Assembly (NCBI GenBank): GCA_963745075.1
Contig: CAVUWV010000026.1
Location: forward strand, 16,023-80,022
Origin: Candidatus Hydrogenedentota bacterium
GTDB lineage: Bacteria > Hydrogenedentota > Hydrogenedentia > Hydrogenedentales > SLHB01
Direction of reading: 5' to 3'
Length of the DNA: 64,000 nucleotides
Part shown: in pieces, positions 9,238 through 18,842 of the stretch
Numbering within the stretch: position 1 is the stretch's first letter
How the letters are laid out: every line of letters begins with the position of its first letter
Made by a program: the position numbers and the translations under genes
The notes under the pieces: model-generated
Databases searched by the model: none
Seen by the model: only the letters and a program-made list of their open reading frames with translations
Told to the model about the DNA's origin: nothing

Positions 9238-10554
9238 ATGTCTGGTACCGTTCCAGTTCCGAATTTTCACGTCATGGTGAAACCGACCGGTCCGATCTGC
9301 AATCTGGACTGCAAGTACTGCTTCTACCTGGAGAAGGAGAACCTCTACCCCGACGTGTCCAAATGGGCCATGTCGGAGGAGATCCTCGATAATTTCATCC
9401 GGCAGTACATCGCGTCGCAGAAGGCGCCGGAGATCACCTTCGCGTGGCAGGGCGGGGAACCGACCATTCTGGGTTTGCCCTATTTCGAGAAGATCGTCGA
9501 ACTGGAAGAGAAGTACTCGGATGGGCGGCCCGTGCGGAACGCGTTTCAGACGAACGGCGTGCTGATTGATGAGCGCTGGGCCTCCTTTCTTGCCGAAAAC
9601 GAGTTTCTCGTTGGCGTCTCCATTGACGGTCCGCCGAAGTTTCACGATCACTATCGTGTCGATAAGGGCAACCGGCCTACTTCCTCAAAAGTCATGCGTG
9701 CGATCGAGCTGTTCAAAGAGCACAAGGTCGAATTCAATACGCTGACCTGCGTGCAGCGCCACAACGCCGACCATCCGCTCGAGGTCTATCGTTTTCTGAA
9801 GGAGATCGGAAGCGGATTCATGCAGTTCATTCCCATCATCGAGCGCTTGTCCGACGATGAAGAGCAAAAGCTTCGACTGGTGTTGCCGGATTACGATGAG
9901 AAAGCCCGGGTAACACCGTGGTCGGTGCGGCCGCTGCAATACGGGAAATTCCTTTCGGCCATTTTCGACGAGTGGGTCCGGAACGACGTGGGCAATTGCT
10001 TTGTCCAGATCTTTGACATCGCGCTCGAGGCGTGGTACGGGTACGAGCCCAGCCTGTGCGTGTTCGCCCGAACCTGCGGTGACGCGGTCGCGTTGGAGCA
10101 CAACGGCGATCTCTATTCGTGCGATCATTACGTCTACGACGAGAACCGCCTGGGCAACATCATGGAGAACCCAGTCGAGGCGATGGTGGGATCGGCGCAG
10201 CAGCGGAAGTTTGGCCAGGACAAGCAGGACACGCTGCCCAAGTTCTGCCAGGAATGCGACGTGCGGTTTGTGTGCAATGGCGAATGCCCCAAGCATCGGT
10301 TCTTGACCACCCCGGACGGGGAACGCGGGTTAAGTTATCTCTGCGAGGGATATAAGCACTTCTTTCACCACATCGACGAGCCGATGCGGTTCATGGCGAA
10401 CGAACTCCGGCAGCAGCGTCCTCCGGCCAACGTAATGGCCCACATGCGCAAACAGGATTCGGGCCACAAGGGCAACGGACAAGCCGAGCCGAACGATCCG
10501 TGTCCCTGCGGAAGTGGCCGGAAGTTCAAGAAATGCTGCGGACGCACGGCCTGA
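9238..10554 (+). CDS. Anaerobic sulfatase maturase (radical SAM/SPASM) with C-terminal SEC-C motif
   Basis: CNLDCKYC, WQGGEPT, YSCDHYV, CQECDVRFVCNGECPK, NDPCPCGSGRKFKKCCG. Confidence 0.95.
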   Translation: MSGTVPVPNFHVMVKPTGPICNLDCKYCFYLEKENLYPDVSKWAMSEEILDNFIRQYIASQKAPEITFAWQGGEPTILGLPYFEKIVELEEKYSDGRPVRNAFQTNGVLIDERWASFLAENEFLVGVSIDGPPKFHDHYRVDKGNRPTSSKVMRAIELFKEHKVEFNTLTCVQRHNADHPLEVYRFLKEIGSGFMQFIPIIERLSDDEEQKLRLVLPDYDEKARVTPWSVRPLQYGKFLSAIFDEWVRNDVGNCFVQIFDIALEAWYGYEPSLCVFARTCGDAVALEHNGDLYSCDHYVYDENRLGNIMENPVEAMVGSAQQRKFGQDKQDTLPKFCQECDVRFVCNGECPKHRFLTTPDGERGLSYLCEGYKHFFHHIDEPMRFMANELRQQRPPANVMAHMRKQDSGHKGNGQAEPNDPCPCGSGRKFKKCCGRTA

Positions 10555-10575
10555 GGATTTGCGCCACGCCCAACA

Positions 10576-10737
10576 AAGAACATCCCCCTACACCCCCTTC
10601 AAAGGGGGAATTGTTCGCGCGGTCGCGCGCAAAGAAGACATTGCTTGGGCTTGTCCTTGCGGTTCCACACCCCCCCTACCGATAAGCACGAATTCGCAAT
10701 GCTCCCCCTTTGAAGGGGGATCAAGGGGGATGTTCTT
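10576..10737. repeat. Inverted-repeat (REP/MITE-like) element overlapping the modA start
   Basis: AAGAACATCCCCCTACACCCCCTTCAAAGGGGGA (10576-10609) and TCCCCCTTTGAAGGGGGATCAAGGGGGATGTTCTT (10703-10737). Confidence 0.75.
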
Positions 10738-11494
10738 CGTAATGATCGTGCTGGCAACTCTCGGGGTGTCGAACTGTTCCGTAACAAACCGACATCCAGA
10801 ATCGGTTATGCTCTTCGCTGCCGCGAGTACGACGGATGCGATCAGTGACATCGTGAACCGCTTTGAGCAGCAAAACCTCGGGGCGCGCGTGACCACCAAC
10901 TTCGCCGCGTCGTCCACGCTCGCTCACCAGATTGAGTCGGGGGCCGGGGCGGACCTCTTCCTATCGGCCAACGAGGAATGGGTAGCGTATCTTGCCAAGA
11001 AAGGGTTCGTCGCCGAGCGCCGCGACCTCCTGGGAAATCAGTTGGTCGTGGTCGTACCGGCCGGGAGTCCGTTGCGGCTCGAACAACCATCCGATCTACT
11101 GGATGAGAATGTACAACGCATTGCCATCGGCGAGCCGGACGCCGTTCCGGCGGGGATCTACGCGAAGCAGGCATTGACAAAGCTTGGCCTGTGGGAGAAG
11201 CTAAGGGCGAAGTGTGTTCCCTCGGCCAACGTGCGGCAAGCGCTACTATACGTGGAAGAGGGTGAGACCGAGGCGGGCATCGTGTACGCGACGGACGCCG
11301 CGATCTCCGACAAGGTGCGCGTCGCGTTTGCATTTAATTCATCCGCGCACGAGCCAATCGTGTATCCACTGGTGTTGCTGAAGCACGGCGCGGAGACGCC
11401 GGGTGCGAAGAGGTTGTATGCGTATCTCGCGGGTCCGGAGGCTGCAAAGGTCTTTCGCGAATCGGGGTTTACGGTGTTGGATGGTGGCGAGTGA
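10730..11494 (+). CDS. modA: Molybdate ABC transporter substrate-binding protein (start uncertain)
   Basis: FAAAST, NFAASSTLAHQIESGAGADLFLSAN, VPAGIYAKQAL, GIVYATDA. Confidence 0.92.
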   Translation: MFFVMIVLATLGVSNCSVTNRHPESVMLFAAASTTDAISDIVNRFEQQNLGARVTTNFAASSTLAHQIESGAGADLFLSANEEWVAYLAKKGFVAERRDLLGNQLVVVVPAGSPLRLEQPSDLLDENVQRIAIGEPDAVPAGIYAKQALTKLGLWEKLRAKCVPSANVRQALLYVEEGETEAGIVYATDAAISDKVRVAFAFNSSAHEPIVYPLVLLKHGAETPGAKRLYAYLAGPEAAKVFRESGFTVLDGGE

Positions 11495-11540
11495 TCCCGA
11501 CAAACAAACGTACGTTTTTGGCCGGCATGGATTAGAAGAT

Positions 11541-11565
11541 GGATTCCCGCGTAGCCGGGAATGAC
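11541..11565. repeat. Short REP-like palindrome
   Basis: GGATTCCCGCGTAGCCGGGAATGAC between modA and modB. Confidence 0.5.
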
Positions 11566-11612
11566 GGTGCTGAGTTGACGCGCGGTTTGACTCATCGAGC
11601 CTATCGTCTGAC

Positions 11613-12314
11613 TTGGAGACTGCGCAGGTGTTGACGGAAATGGAATGGAACGCGCTGCGGTTGAGCTTGCTGGTCGCGAGCGTGGCCGCGGCGGTGAGTT
11701 TGCCGTTCGCGGTTGCGCTTGCGTACAAGCTGGCGCGCAGTCAATCTCGGGGAATGTGGCTCGTTGAAACGCTGGTCAACCTGCCCCTTGTGCTTCCTCC
11801 CGTGGTGACGGGGTATCTGTTGCTGGTTGCCTTCGGCCGCAGCAGCGTTGCCGGTTCGTTTCTCGAGCGTGTCTTCGGTATCACTATTGCCTTCACGTGG
11901 CTGGGCGCGGCGCTCGCCGCGGCGGTCGTGGGCTTTCCGCTGATGGTTCGCGCGATCCGGTTGTCTTTCGAGTCGGTCGATCCGCGGCTGGAACTGGCCG
12001 CGCGAAGCCTGGGCGCAACACCTTTGGCTTGTTTTTTCACCGTGAGCCTGCCCCTCGCGTTTCGCGGCGTCGTCGCCGGTATGGTCCTGGCCTTTGCGCG
12101 CGGCGTCGGTGAATTCGGCGCAACCATTGTGATTGCGGGAAACATTCCTGGGCAGACGCAGACCATCCCGCTGGCCATCTACTCGTTAACCGAGCGGCCG
12201 GGTGGGGTCTCGCAGAGTTGGCGATTGGTCGTGTTGTCCGTTCTCATCGCAGCCATCGCAATCCTACTCAGCCGGTGGTTCGAGCGACGACAAGGAAAAC
12301 TCCACCGTGCTTGA
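11613..12314 (+). CDS. modB: Molybdate ABC transporter permease
   Basis: LPLVLPPVVTGYLLL, FARGVGEFGATI, GNIPGQTQTIPLAIY. Confidence 0.95.
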   Translation: METAQVLTEMEWNALRLSLLVASVAAAVSLPFAVALAYKLARSQSRGMWLVETLVNLPLVLPPVVTGYLLLVAFGRSSVAGSFLERVFGITIAFTWLGAALAAAVVGFPLMVRAIRLSFESVDPRLELAARSLGATPLACFFTVSLPLAFRGVVAGMVLAFARGVGEFGATIVIAGNIPGQTQTIPLAIYSLTERPGGVSQSWRLVVLSVLIAAIAILLSRWFERRQGKLHRA

Positions 12315-13374
12315 GTTCGTCTGCAAACACACTTACCCGGGCGGGTTCGGAATTGACGCGTCCTTTGTCGCCAGGGAATCGGTGGTCGCCCTGTTCGGAC
12401 CTTCCGGCGCGGGCAAAACCAGCATCCTCGAGATGATTGCCGGCGTTCGCAGGCCCGATTCGGGAATCGTACGCCACGGCGAAGACGTCCTGCTTGATAC
12501 CGAAAAATGTGTTGACCGTCCCGTACACCAGCGGCGAATGGGCATGGTATTCCAGGATCAATTGCTTTTCCCGCACATGACGGTCGCGGCGAACCTGCGG
12601 TACGGTTCCCGATGGAACCGGCCGGAGAAGCCTGTTATCGATTTCGACCGAGTCGTCGCAGTACTGGAACTTCAAGCGCTTCTGACGCGGTACCCGGCGG
12701 GCCTGTCCGGCGGCGAACGCCAACGGGTCGCGCTGGGCCGGGCATTGCTCCGCCAACCCCGCTTGTTGCTGATGGACGAACCACTGGCGGCCCTTGACGA
12801 CGCCCTAAAATTCCGCATCCTCGCGTATTTGGATCGCGTCGTCAACGAATGGCAGGTGCCCGCACTTTTCGTCAGCCATGGGCAAGCCGAAGTGCGGCGC
12901 TTCGCGCAAGGGGTCGTCGTAATCGACAACGGCCGGATAGTCACGGAAGGTACGCCTGCTGACGCGCTATGCGCACCGGGTGCACTCCATCTGAAAGATG
13001 CGTCCGGGCCGGTCAATCTCTTGCGACTTGACGACGTGTGCAAAGAAGATGATCGTTGGATCGGACGCGTGGGCGATCACGTCGTTCAACTCCCCAATCC
13101 CCCAGCCGAAAACGACGGGACGGTCTACCTTCAGTTCCTTCCCGAGACCGTCCTGTTGAGTCCGGCGGACATCCGCGACATAAGCGCTCGAAATCACCTG
13201 ACCGGAACGGTGCGCCAAGTGCTCGCACACGGGTCCATCGTATTTGTGGCGGTGGACGTCGGACAGATCATCTGGTCGGAGGTCACACCCGGAGCCATGG
13301 AAGACCTGGCGCTCGTGCCTGGCGTACCCATAACCTGCCTGATCAAAACTCACAGCCTCCATATGCTTTCCTAG
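12307..13374 (+). CDS. modC: Molybdate ABC transporter ATPase with TOBE domain
   Basis: GPSGAGKT, LSGGERQRVALGRALL, LLMDEP, ISARNHL; GTG start overlaps the modB stop. Confidence 0.93.
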   Translation: MLEFVCKHTYPGGFGIDASFVARESVVALFGPSGAGKTSILEMIAGVRRPDSGIVRHGEDVLLDTEKCVDRPVHQRRMGMVFQDQLLFPHMTVAANLRYGSRWNRPEKPVIDFDRVVAVLELQALLTRYPAGLSGGERQRVALGRALLRQPRLLLMDEPLAALDDALKFRILAYLDRVVNEWQVPALFVSHGQAEVRRFAQGVVVIDNGRIVTEGTPADALCAPGALHLKDASGPVNLLRLDDVCKEDDRWIGRVGDHVVQLPNPPAENDGTVYLQFLPETVLLSPADIRDISARNHLTGTVRQVLAHGSIVFVAVDVGQIIWSEVTPGAMEDLALVPGVPITCLIKTHSLHMLS

Positions 13375-13463
13375 CCCTCGCGTTCAGAGGCAGTTGGGGT
13401 AGCGTCGCGGGGCGGAATTCGTTATTCTTGCGGCTACCCATCAATACGGTGGAAGGAGGATTC

Positions 13464-13874
13464 ATGGTTGCACGAACGATGGTACCGGGGTTGGTCATGC
13501 TATTGGCGGCGGGATGCATCTCCATCAAAGGGAACGTGGTGGATGCCGATACCGCCCAAGCGGAGGAAAATGTGTTTCGTCATGTCGTGTTGTTCAAGTA
13601 TAAGGACACCGCAACGCCTGAAAACATCAAAGCGGTCGAAGACGCATTTCTCGATTTGAAGAACAAGATCGATGTCATCAAAGACATTGAGACGGGAAGC
13701 AACGTGAGCACGGAGAATCTCAGTCACGGATTCACCGATTGCTTTATCGTGACATTCGCCGATTCGGCGGGCCGGGACGCATATTTACCCAGCCCCGAGC
13801 ACCAGGCGTTCGTCAAGTTTGCCGGACCCTTTCTTGCCGAAGCGTTGGTCATTGACTTCAAGCCGCGAAAGTAG
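13464..13874 (+). CDS. Dabb (stress-responsive A/B barrel) lipoprotein
   Basis: LLAAGC lipobox; FRHVVLFKYK...GFTDCFIVTF..RDAYLPSPEHQAF; RBS GGAGGA. Confidence 0.85.
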   Translation: MVARTMVPGLVMLLAAGCISIKGNVVDADTAQAEENVFRHVVLFKYKDTATPENIKAVEDAFLDLKNKIDVIKDIETGSNVSTENLSHGFTDCFIVTFADSAGRDAYLPSPEHQAFVKFAGPFLAEALVIDFKPRK

Positions 13875-14143
13875 TCTCCTTTTCAACAGAAATCCCGATC
13901 GTATCCCAAATGGCGGACCGGTCCTTTTGGCCGGTCCGTTTCTACACGCTCTTTCGGTTGTATGGTCGGCACGGGCCCAACGCACGCACAGAACGTTGTT
14001 CGGCCGACTTTACACTTGTGCTTTGAGCACTTCTGTACGAGTTGATCAAGAATGCCCAACTCAGCCGTAGCCCGCATGGACCCATTATCGCCTAAACCTT
14101 TTTGCAAAAATGCTTTACAACCTAATCCTTCATTTCGAATTCA

Positions 14144-14159
14144 TGGCACGAACTATGCT
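14144..14159 (+). promoter_or_regulatory. sigma54 -24/-12 promoter
   Basis: TGGCACGAACTATGCT about 90 bp upstream of the DUF362 gene. Confidence 0.6.
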
Positions 14160-14248
14160 TTTCCCGAAGGGGTCCGTGTGTCTGCGTCGACCTGGGTACA
14201 TCCGAAGCCGAGACCGGCTTGCCCTGAGGCATTAGGAGGAGTCACGAA

Positions 14249-15187
14249 ATGGGTGAACAAACACGCCGAAACTTCTTGAAACGAACCGTCGCTACCGGTA
14301 CCGCCGCGACGTTGTCCACGACGGCAGGAAAGGCCTTGGCGCAGAACGATTCTCCAGCCAAGATGGCGATTGTGCGCTGGGCGGGTCAGCCGGTTGCGGA
14401 AGAAGGGGTCGACGCGATGGCTGCCACGCTGGCTGAACGGGCCATCACCGCTCTGGGCGGAATGGGACGGTTTGTGAGCAATGGCGACGTGGTCTGGATC
14501 AAACCCAATATGGCCTGGGACCGGACCCCCGAGCAGGCGGCGAACACCAATCCGAATATCGTAGCCACATTAGTGCGTCTGTGCCTGGACTCGGGCGCCA
14601 AGCAAGTGAAAGTGGGCGATTTCCCGTGCAATGAAGCGACGAAAAGCTATCCGCGCAGTGGGATCGAAGCGGCCGCGCAAGCCGCGGGCGCCGAGGTCGT
14701 CTACTTAGATCCCAATCGTTTCCGGGAGGTTGCCCTGGGAGGCTCCCGACTGGACAAATGGCCGGTTTATCCAGAAATCGTCGAGTCGGACCTCGTGATC
14801 AACGTGCCGATTGCCAAGCACCACAGCATTTCGACGGTGACGCTGGGCATGAAGAACTTCATGGGCGTGGTCGACAAGCGAAACAAGCTCCATCAAGATC
14901 TGCCAACCTGCCTGTGTGACCTCACGCGGTTTATGAACCCCCGCCTATGCGTGCTTGATGCGGTCCGGATTCTTACCGCCCACGGCCCCACGGGCGGCGA
15001 TCTTGCCGACGTTCAGCGAAAAGACACCGTCGTAGCGAGCACGGACATCGTCGCCATGGACGCGTTTGGCGCGGAGTTGCTCGGTCACGAACCGAAGAAC
15101 ATCGCGACCGTCGCGGCGGGCGATGCGGCAGGTCTCGGAACGATGAACTATCGCTCCCTGTCCCCCGTGGAGATCGAAGTGACGTGA
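14249..15187 (+). CDS. Tat-exported DUF362 protein
   Basis: TRRNFLK twin-arginine signal; VWIKPN, ANTNP, INVPIAKHH, TLGMKNFMG. Confidence 0.88.
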   Translation: MGEQTRRNFLKRTVATGTAATLSTTAGKALAQNDSPAKMAIVRWAGQPVAEEGVDAMAATLAERAITALGGMGRFVSNGDVVWIKPNMAWDRTPEQAANTNPNIVATLVRLCLDSGAKQVKVGDFPCNEATKSYPRSGIEAAAQAAGAEVVYLDPNRFREVALGGSRLDKWPVYPEIVESDLVINVPIAKHHSISTVTLGMKNFMGVVDKRNKLHQDLPTCLCDLTRFMNPRLCVLDAVRILTAHGPTGGDLADVQRKDTVVASTDIVAMDAFGAELLGHEPKNIATVAAGDAAGLGTMNYRSLSPVEIEVT

Positions 15188-16857
15188 CTTCCAGGCAACG
15201 CATGCAGACGCTCCGGTGGGTGCGCCGAACCGTTCAGGTATTCTTTCTTGCGTTGTTTCTCGGTACCATCACCTGGGCGGCACTCGGCGCTGTTTCCGAG
15301 GTAAGCCGGGCTACGGAATTGTACTTCGCGCTGGATCCCTTGGTATTCCTGTCCACGTTACTCGCGTCGCATGCAGTACCGGCCCTCCTATGCTTTTCCC
15401 TCATCACGCTCGCGTTGACCGTGATCTTCGGCCGCTTCTTCTGTGGGTGGATTTGTCCCCTGGGCACGATTCACGCCGCGGCCAGTTCCCTCCGCAATGA
15501 AGATGCCTTTGAAATGGTGCAACGCGAGAAGTGGTCGCCTTGGAACCGGTGGAAATACTACATTCTGATCGCGCTGCTGGTGGGCGCAGTTTTCGGGGCG
15601 AACTGGATTGGCGTGCTGGATCCGTTTTCGGTGTTGTACCGTACGACGTTCACCGTGCTGGGTCCGGCCTTGCGTGGAGCGGTCGAAGACGGTTCCACGG
15701 CCGTCTACCAGGCGGACCCACATATCGGACCGATTCATGCAACGTCCGCAACGGAGCCGATCTACCGTTTTCTTCGCGACCACACGTTCATCGGCAGCCG
15801 GCAGAGCTTCTTCGGCGGGACATTGATTGCGGTATTGTTTCTCGTCACCGTTGGACTGAACTTTTATCGCAAGCGCTTCTGGTGCCGCTACCTTTGTCCC
15901 CTCGGTGCCTTGCTGGGCTTGGCCGCAAAGTGTTCCTGGATCCGCCTCACGACGTGCGAGGAGAGCTGCACGGAATGCGGGTTGTGCCGGATAAACTGTC
16001 AAGGGGCGGGATCGCCGGATAAACCCGGGGAATGGCAATCGTCGGAATGCTTCCTCTGCCTGAACTGCGCGGCCAAGTGTAATTGGGAATCGATTTCCTT
16101 CACGATTTCTAACCCCTTACGCGACCGTCGCGGGGGTTCACTGGATCTATCGAAGCGCGCCATGCTCACTTCCGGCCTACTGGGTCTTGGCACGTTTTTG
16201 AGTCTCCGTCTCGCGCCGGTAGCCCAAGGTAAAGTCTTCGATCCCGACCTGGTGCGGCCCCCGGGGGCACGGCCGGAAGATGAATTCCTGTCGAAGTGCG
16301 TGCGCTGCGGACTCTGCATGCGCGTCTGCCCGACGAACGGGCTGCAACCCGCAGGATTCGAGACCGGGCTGGAGGGAATTTGGACCCCCCGCCTCGATGC
16401 GCGCGTCGGGTATTGCGAGTACGAGTGCAATCGCTGCGGCAGCATCTGTCCCACTGGCGCGATCGAGGAACTGGATCTTGAGACCAAGAAGAACACCAAA
16501 CTTGGCCTGGCAACCTTTGACACGTCGCGATGTCTGCCCTACGCTTACGGCCGGGAGTGCATGGTCTGCGAAGAACACTGTCCCGTTCCCACCAAAGCGA
16601 TCTATTTCGTGGAGACGACGGTCACGCTTCGCGACGGGGCGCAACGGGTCCTCAAACAGCCGCGGGTTGATCCGGATCGGTGTACGGGGTGTGGGATCTG
16701 TGAAGCGAAGTGTGTGTTTCGGGATCGTCCGGCGGTTCGCGTCACGAGCGCGAACGAAACCCGCCACCCGGACAACCAACCAATTCTGGGTGGCGCACCG
16801 ATCTACGAGACGCCGAGCGGCACCGACTCGTCCTCGAGCGGCGACCCTTACGGATAA
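15184..16857 (+). CDS. Membrane polyferredoxin (NapH/MauN-like fused to NapG/MauM-like)
   Basis: GRFFCGWICPLG, RFWCRYLCPLG, multiple CxxCxxCxxxC motifs, RPPGA. Confidence 0.88.
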   Translation: MTSRQRMQTLRWVRRTVQVFFLALFLGTITWAALGAVSEVSRATELYFALDPLVFLSTLLASHAVPALLCFSLITLALTVIFGRFFCGWICPLGTIHAAASSLRNEDAFEMVQREKWSPWNRWKYYILIALLVGAVFGANWIGVLDPFSVLYRTTFTVLGPALRGAVEDGSTAVYQADPHIGPIHATSATEPIYRFLRDHTFIGSRQSFFGGTLIAVLFLVTVGLNFYRKRFWCRYLCPLGALLGLAAKCSWIRLTTCEESCTECGLCRINCQGAGSPDKPGEWQSSECFLCLNCAAKCNWESISFTISNPLRDRRGGSLDLSKRAMLTSGLLGLGTFLSLRLAPVAQGKVFDPDLVRPPGARPEDEFLSKCVRCGLCMRVCPTNGLQPAGFETGLEGIWTPRLDARVGYCEYECNRCGSICPTGAIEELDLETKKNTKLGLATFDTSRCLPYAYGRECMVCEEHCPVPTKAIYFVETTVTLRDGAQRVLKQPRVDPDRCTGCGICEAKCVFRDRPAVRVTSANETRHPDNQPILGGAPIYETPSGTDSSSSGDPYG

Positions 16858-16878
16858 GGTATATCCCGGCCAGTCAAC

Positions 16879-17475
16879 TCAGGGAAACAACCATTCCGTC
16901 GTCCATCGATCTTCCGTTCGCGTGTATAACAGACGCTCGTGCAGGCGGAAGGGCTTTTCGAGCCAGAATTCCATTCGAAACGGCTTGATCCGGTATCCCG
17001 ACCAGAAGTCCGGCCGAGGGACTTTTCCCAGGCCGAATCTAAGTGCGTATTCCGCGGCGCGACGCTCCAGTTCGAAATAGGCTTCTACGGGTTTCGACTG
17101 CTTGCTCGCCCACGCCCCGATCTGACTTTGCCGGTCGCGGCTTGCGAAGTACGCGTCCGCCTCTTCGGCGCTTACGGGTTCCACGTCACCCTGAACCCGG
17201 ACCTGCTTCCCGATGGGCATCCAATAAAAGCACAAGGCCGCGCGGGGGTTTTCCTCGAGTTCCCTGGCCTTCACGCTGCCCAGATTCGTATAGAAGACAA
17301 ACCCCGCGTCATCGACCTTCTTGAAAAGTATCATGCGGGACGAGGGCATGCCGCCGGCATCGGCCGTCGACAGGCACACCGCGGTGGGCTCGCGGAAGCC
17401 GCAGCCTTTGGCGTCTTCGAACCAATCCTTGAACAGATCGATGGGGTTATCCATTTTACGAATCGACATCAGCAT
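16879..17475 (-). CDS. pdxH: Pyridoxamine 5'-phosphate oxidase
   Basis: EPTAVCLST, PSSRMILFK, FYTNLGSVK, YFASRDRQSQIGAWASKQS, RPDFWSGYR, EFW..RLHER. Confidence 0.95.
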   Translation of the reverse strand: MLMSIRKMDNPIDLFKDWFEDAKGCGFREPTAVCLSTADAGGMPSSRMILFKKVDDAGFVFYTNLGSVKARELEENPRAALCFYWMPIGKQVRVQGDVEPVSAEEADAYFASRDRQSQIGAWASKQSKPVEAYFELERRAAEYALRFGLGKVPRPDFWSGYRIKPFRMEFWLEKPFRLHERLLYTRTEDRWTTEWLFP

Positions 17476-17577
17476 TCCTTTATCAGTAGACGGAGGTTCG
17501 TCGCAGGGAGTCGACAATCATAGACGATATGGGGCGCGAACGGGGAACGGGCTTTCAGAAGGCGAGTGGCCGGGCGC

Positions 17578-18833
17578 TCACGATGGTACGGCAGCCTCTT
17601 CCGCTTCGCGCAGCCGGTTGACTTCCCATCCCGTGTCGCGGGCAATGATGAGTTCTTCGTCGGTTGGGATAACCATGACGGCGACTTCGGAGTCGGCCGA
17701 CGGTCACAACCCGTTCGTTGCGAAGGTTACGCTCGGAGTCGAGCCTGACGCCCAAGTGCCCCGCGTTCTGCAGAATGCGTTCGCGCATGTAGGCATCATG
17801 CTCGCCGATGCCACCGGTGAAGACGATCGCGTCCACCCCGTTCAATGCCATCGCCGATCCGCCGATGAACCGGGACGCCCGATAGGAAAACATGTCCAGC
17901 GCGAGCGCGCAATTGCGGTCGCCCTTTTGCATCAGATCTTCGATTTCCCGGACGTCATGGTGGTGACAGATACCCTCGAACCCGCTGCGTTTGTTCAGGA
18001 CCGTATCCACCTCGTCGGCAGACATACCGAGTTCCTTGATCATGAAAATTGGAATGTAGGGATTGAGAGTCTCCCGGCCGGGTCCCCATGATGACACCGG
18101 CCAACGGCGTCAGCCCCATGGTGGTGTCGATCGACTTTCCGCCCAAAACCGCCGTGATGCTGCAGCCATTTCCGAGATGACAGGAAATAATCTTGGTTTC
18201 CTCGATCGGGCGCTTCAGAAACCGCGCGGCCTCCCGCGAGACGTAGCGATGTGATGTGCCGTGGAAACCGTACTTGCGGATTCCGTGCTTGGTGTACAGT
18301 TCCTCGGGTACCCCGTAGCGAAACGCCTTTTCCGGAATGGTCCGATGGAACGCCGTGTCAAAAACCGCGACCTGTGGAGTCCGATTCCCGAACACTTTCC
18401 GGCACGCGCGAATACCGGCCAGCGCTGGCGGGTTATGCAGGGGCGCGAGTCGCGCGCACCGCTCGATTCCGGCAAGAACATCGTCATCGATGAGGGCGGA
18501 ATTCGAGAACTCTTCGCCACCATGAACGACGCGATGACCGATACCGGCGATCTCGGACAGGTCCTTTACAATACCGCACTTCTCGTCCTGCAGAAGCCGG
18601 CAAATAATGTCGATGGCGCTCTCATGATCGGGGGCGTCCAGGTTACCGTTGTCGCTCGCGCGTTGGCCTAAGCACCCGGAGTTACCGGGAAGACCGCAAT
18701 CACACTTGAGCCCGGGATTCTTCTGCCCGATCCGCTCCACTTGCCCTTTGGCGAGCGTCCGTTCGGTTTCGCCCAACTCGATGACTTTGAATTTTACTGA
18801 GGACGAACCACTGTTCAGTACCAAGATCTTCAT
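17578..18833 (-). CDS. ackA: Acetate kinase with two apparent frameshifts (~18068, ~17700)
   Basis: MKILVLNSGSSSVKF, GHRVVHGG, LAPLHNP, YGFHGTSH, HLGNGCS; next frame FTGGIGEH; third frame VMVIPTDEELIIARD. Confidence 0.92.
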
Positions 18834-18842
18834 GATGTGCCT

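Noticed and set aside
9238..10554. Radical SAM/SPASM protein as a RiPP maturase
   Set aside because: Motifs are those of anaerobic sulfatase maturases, with no RRE or nearby precursor.
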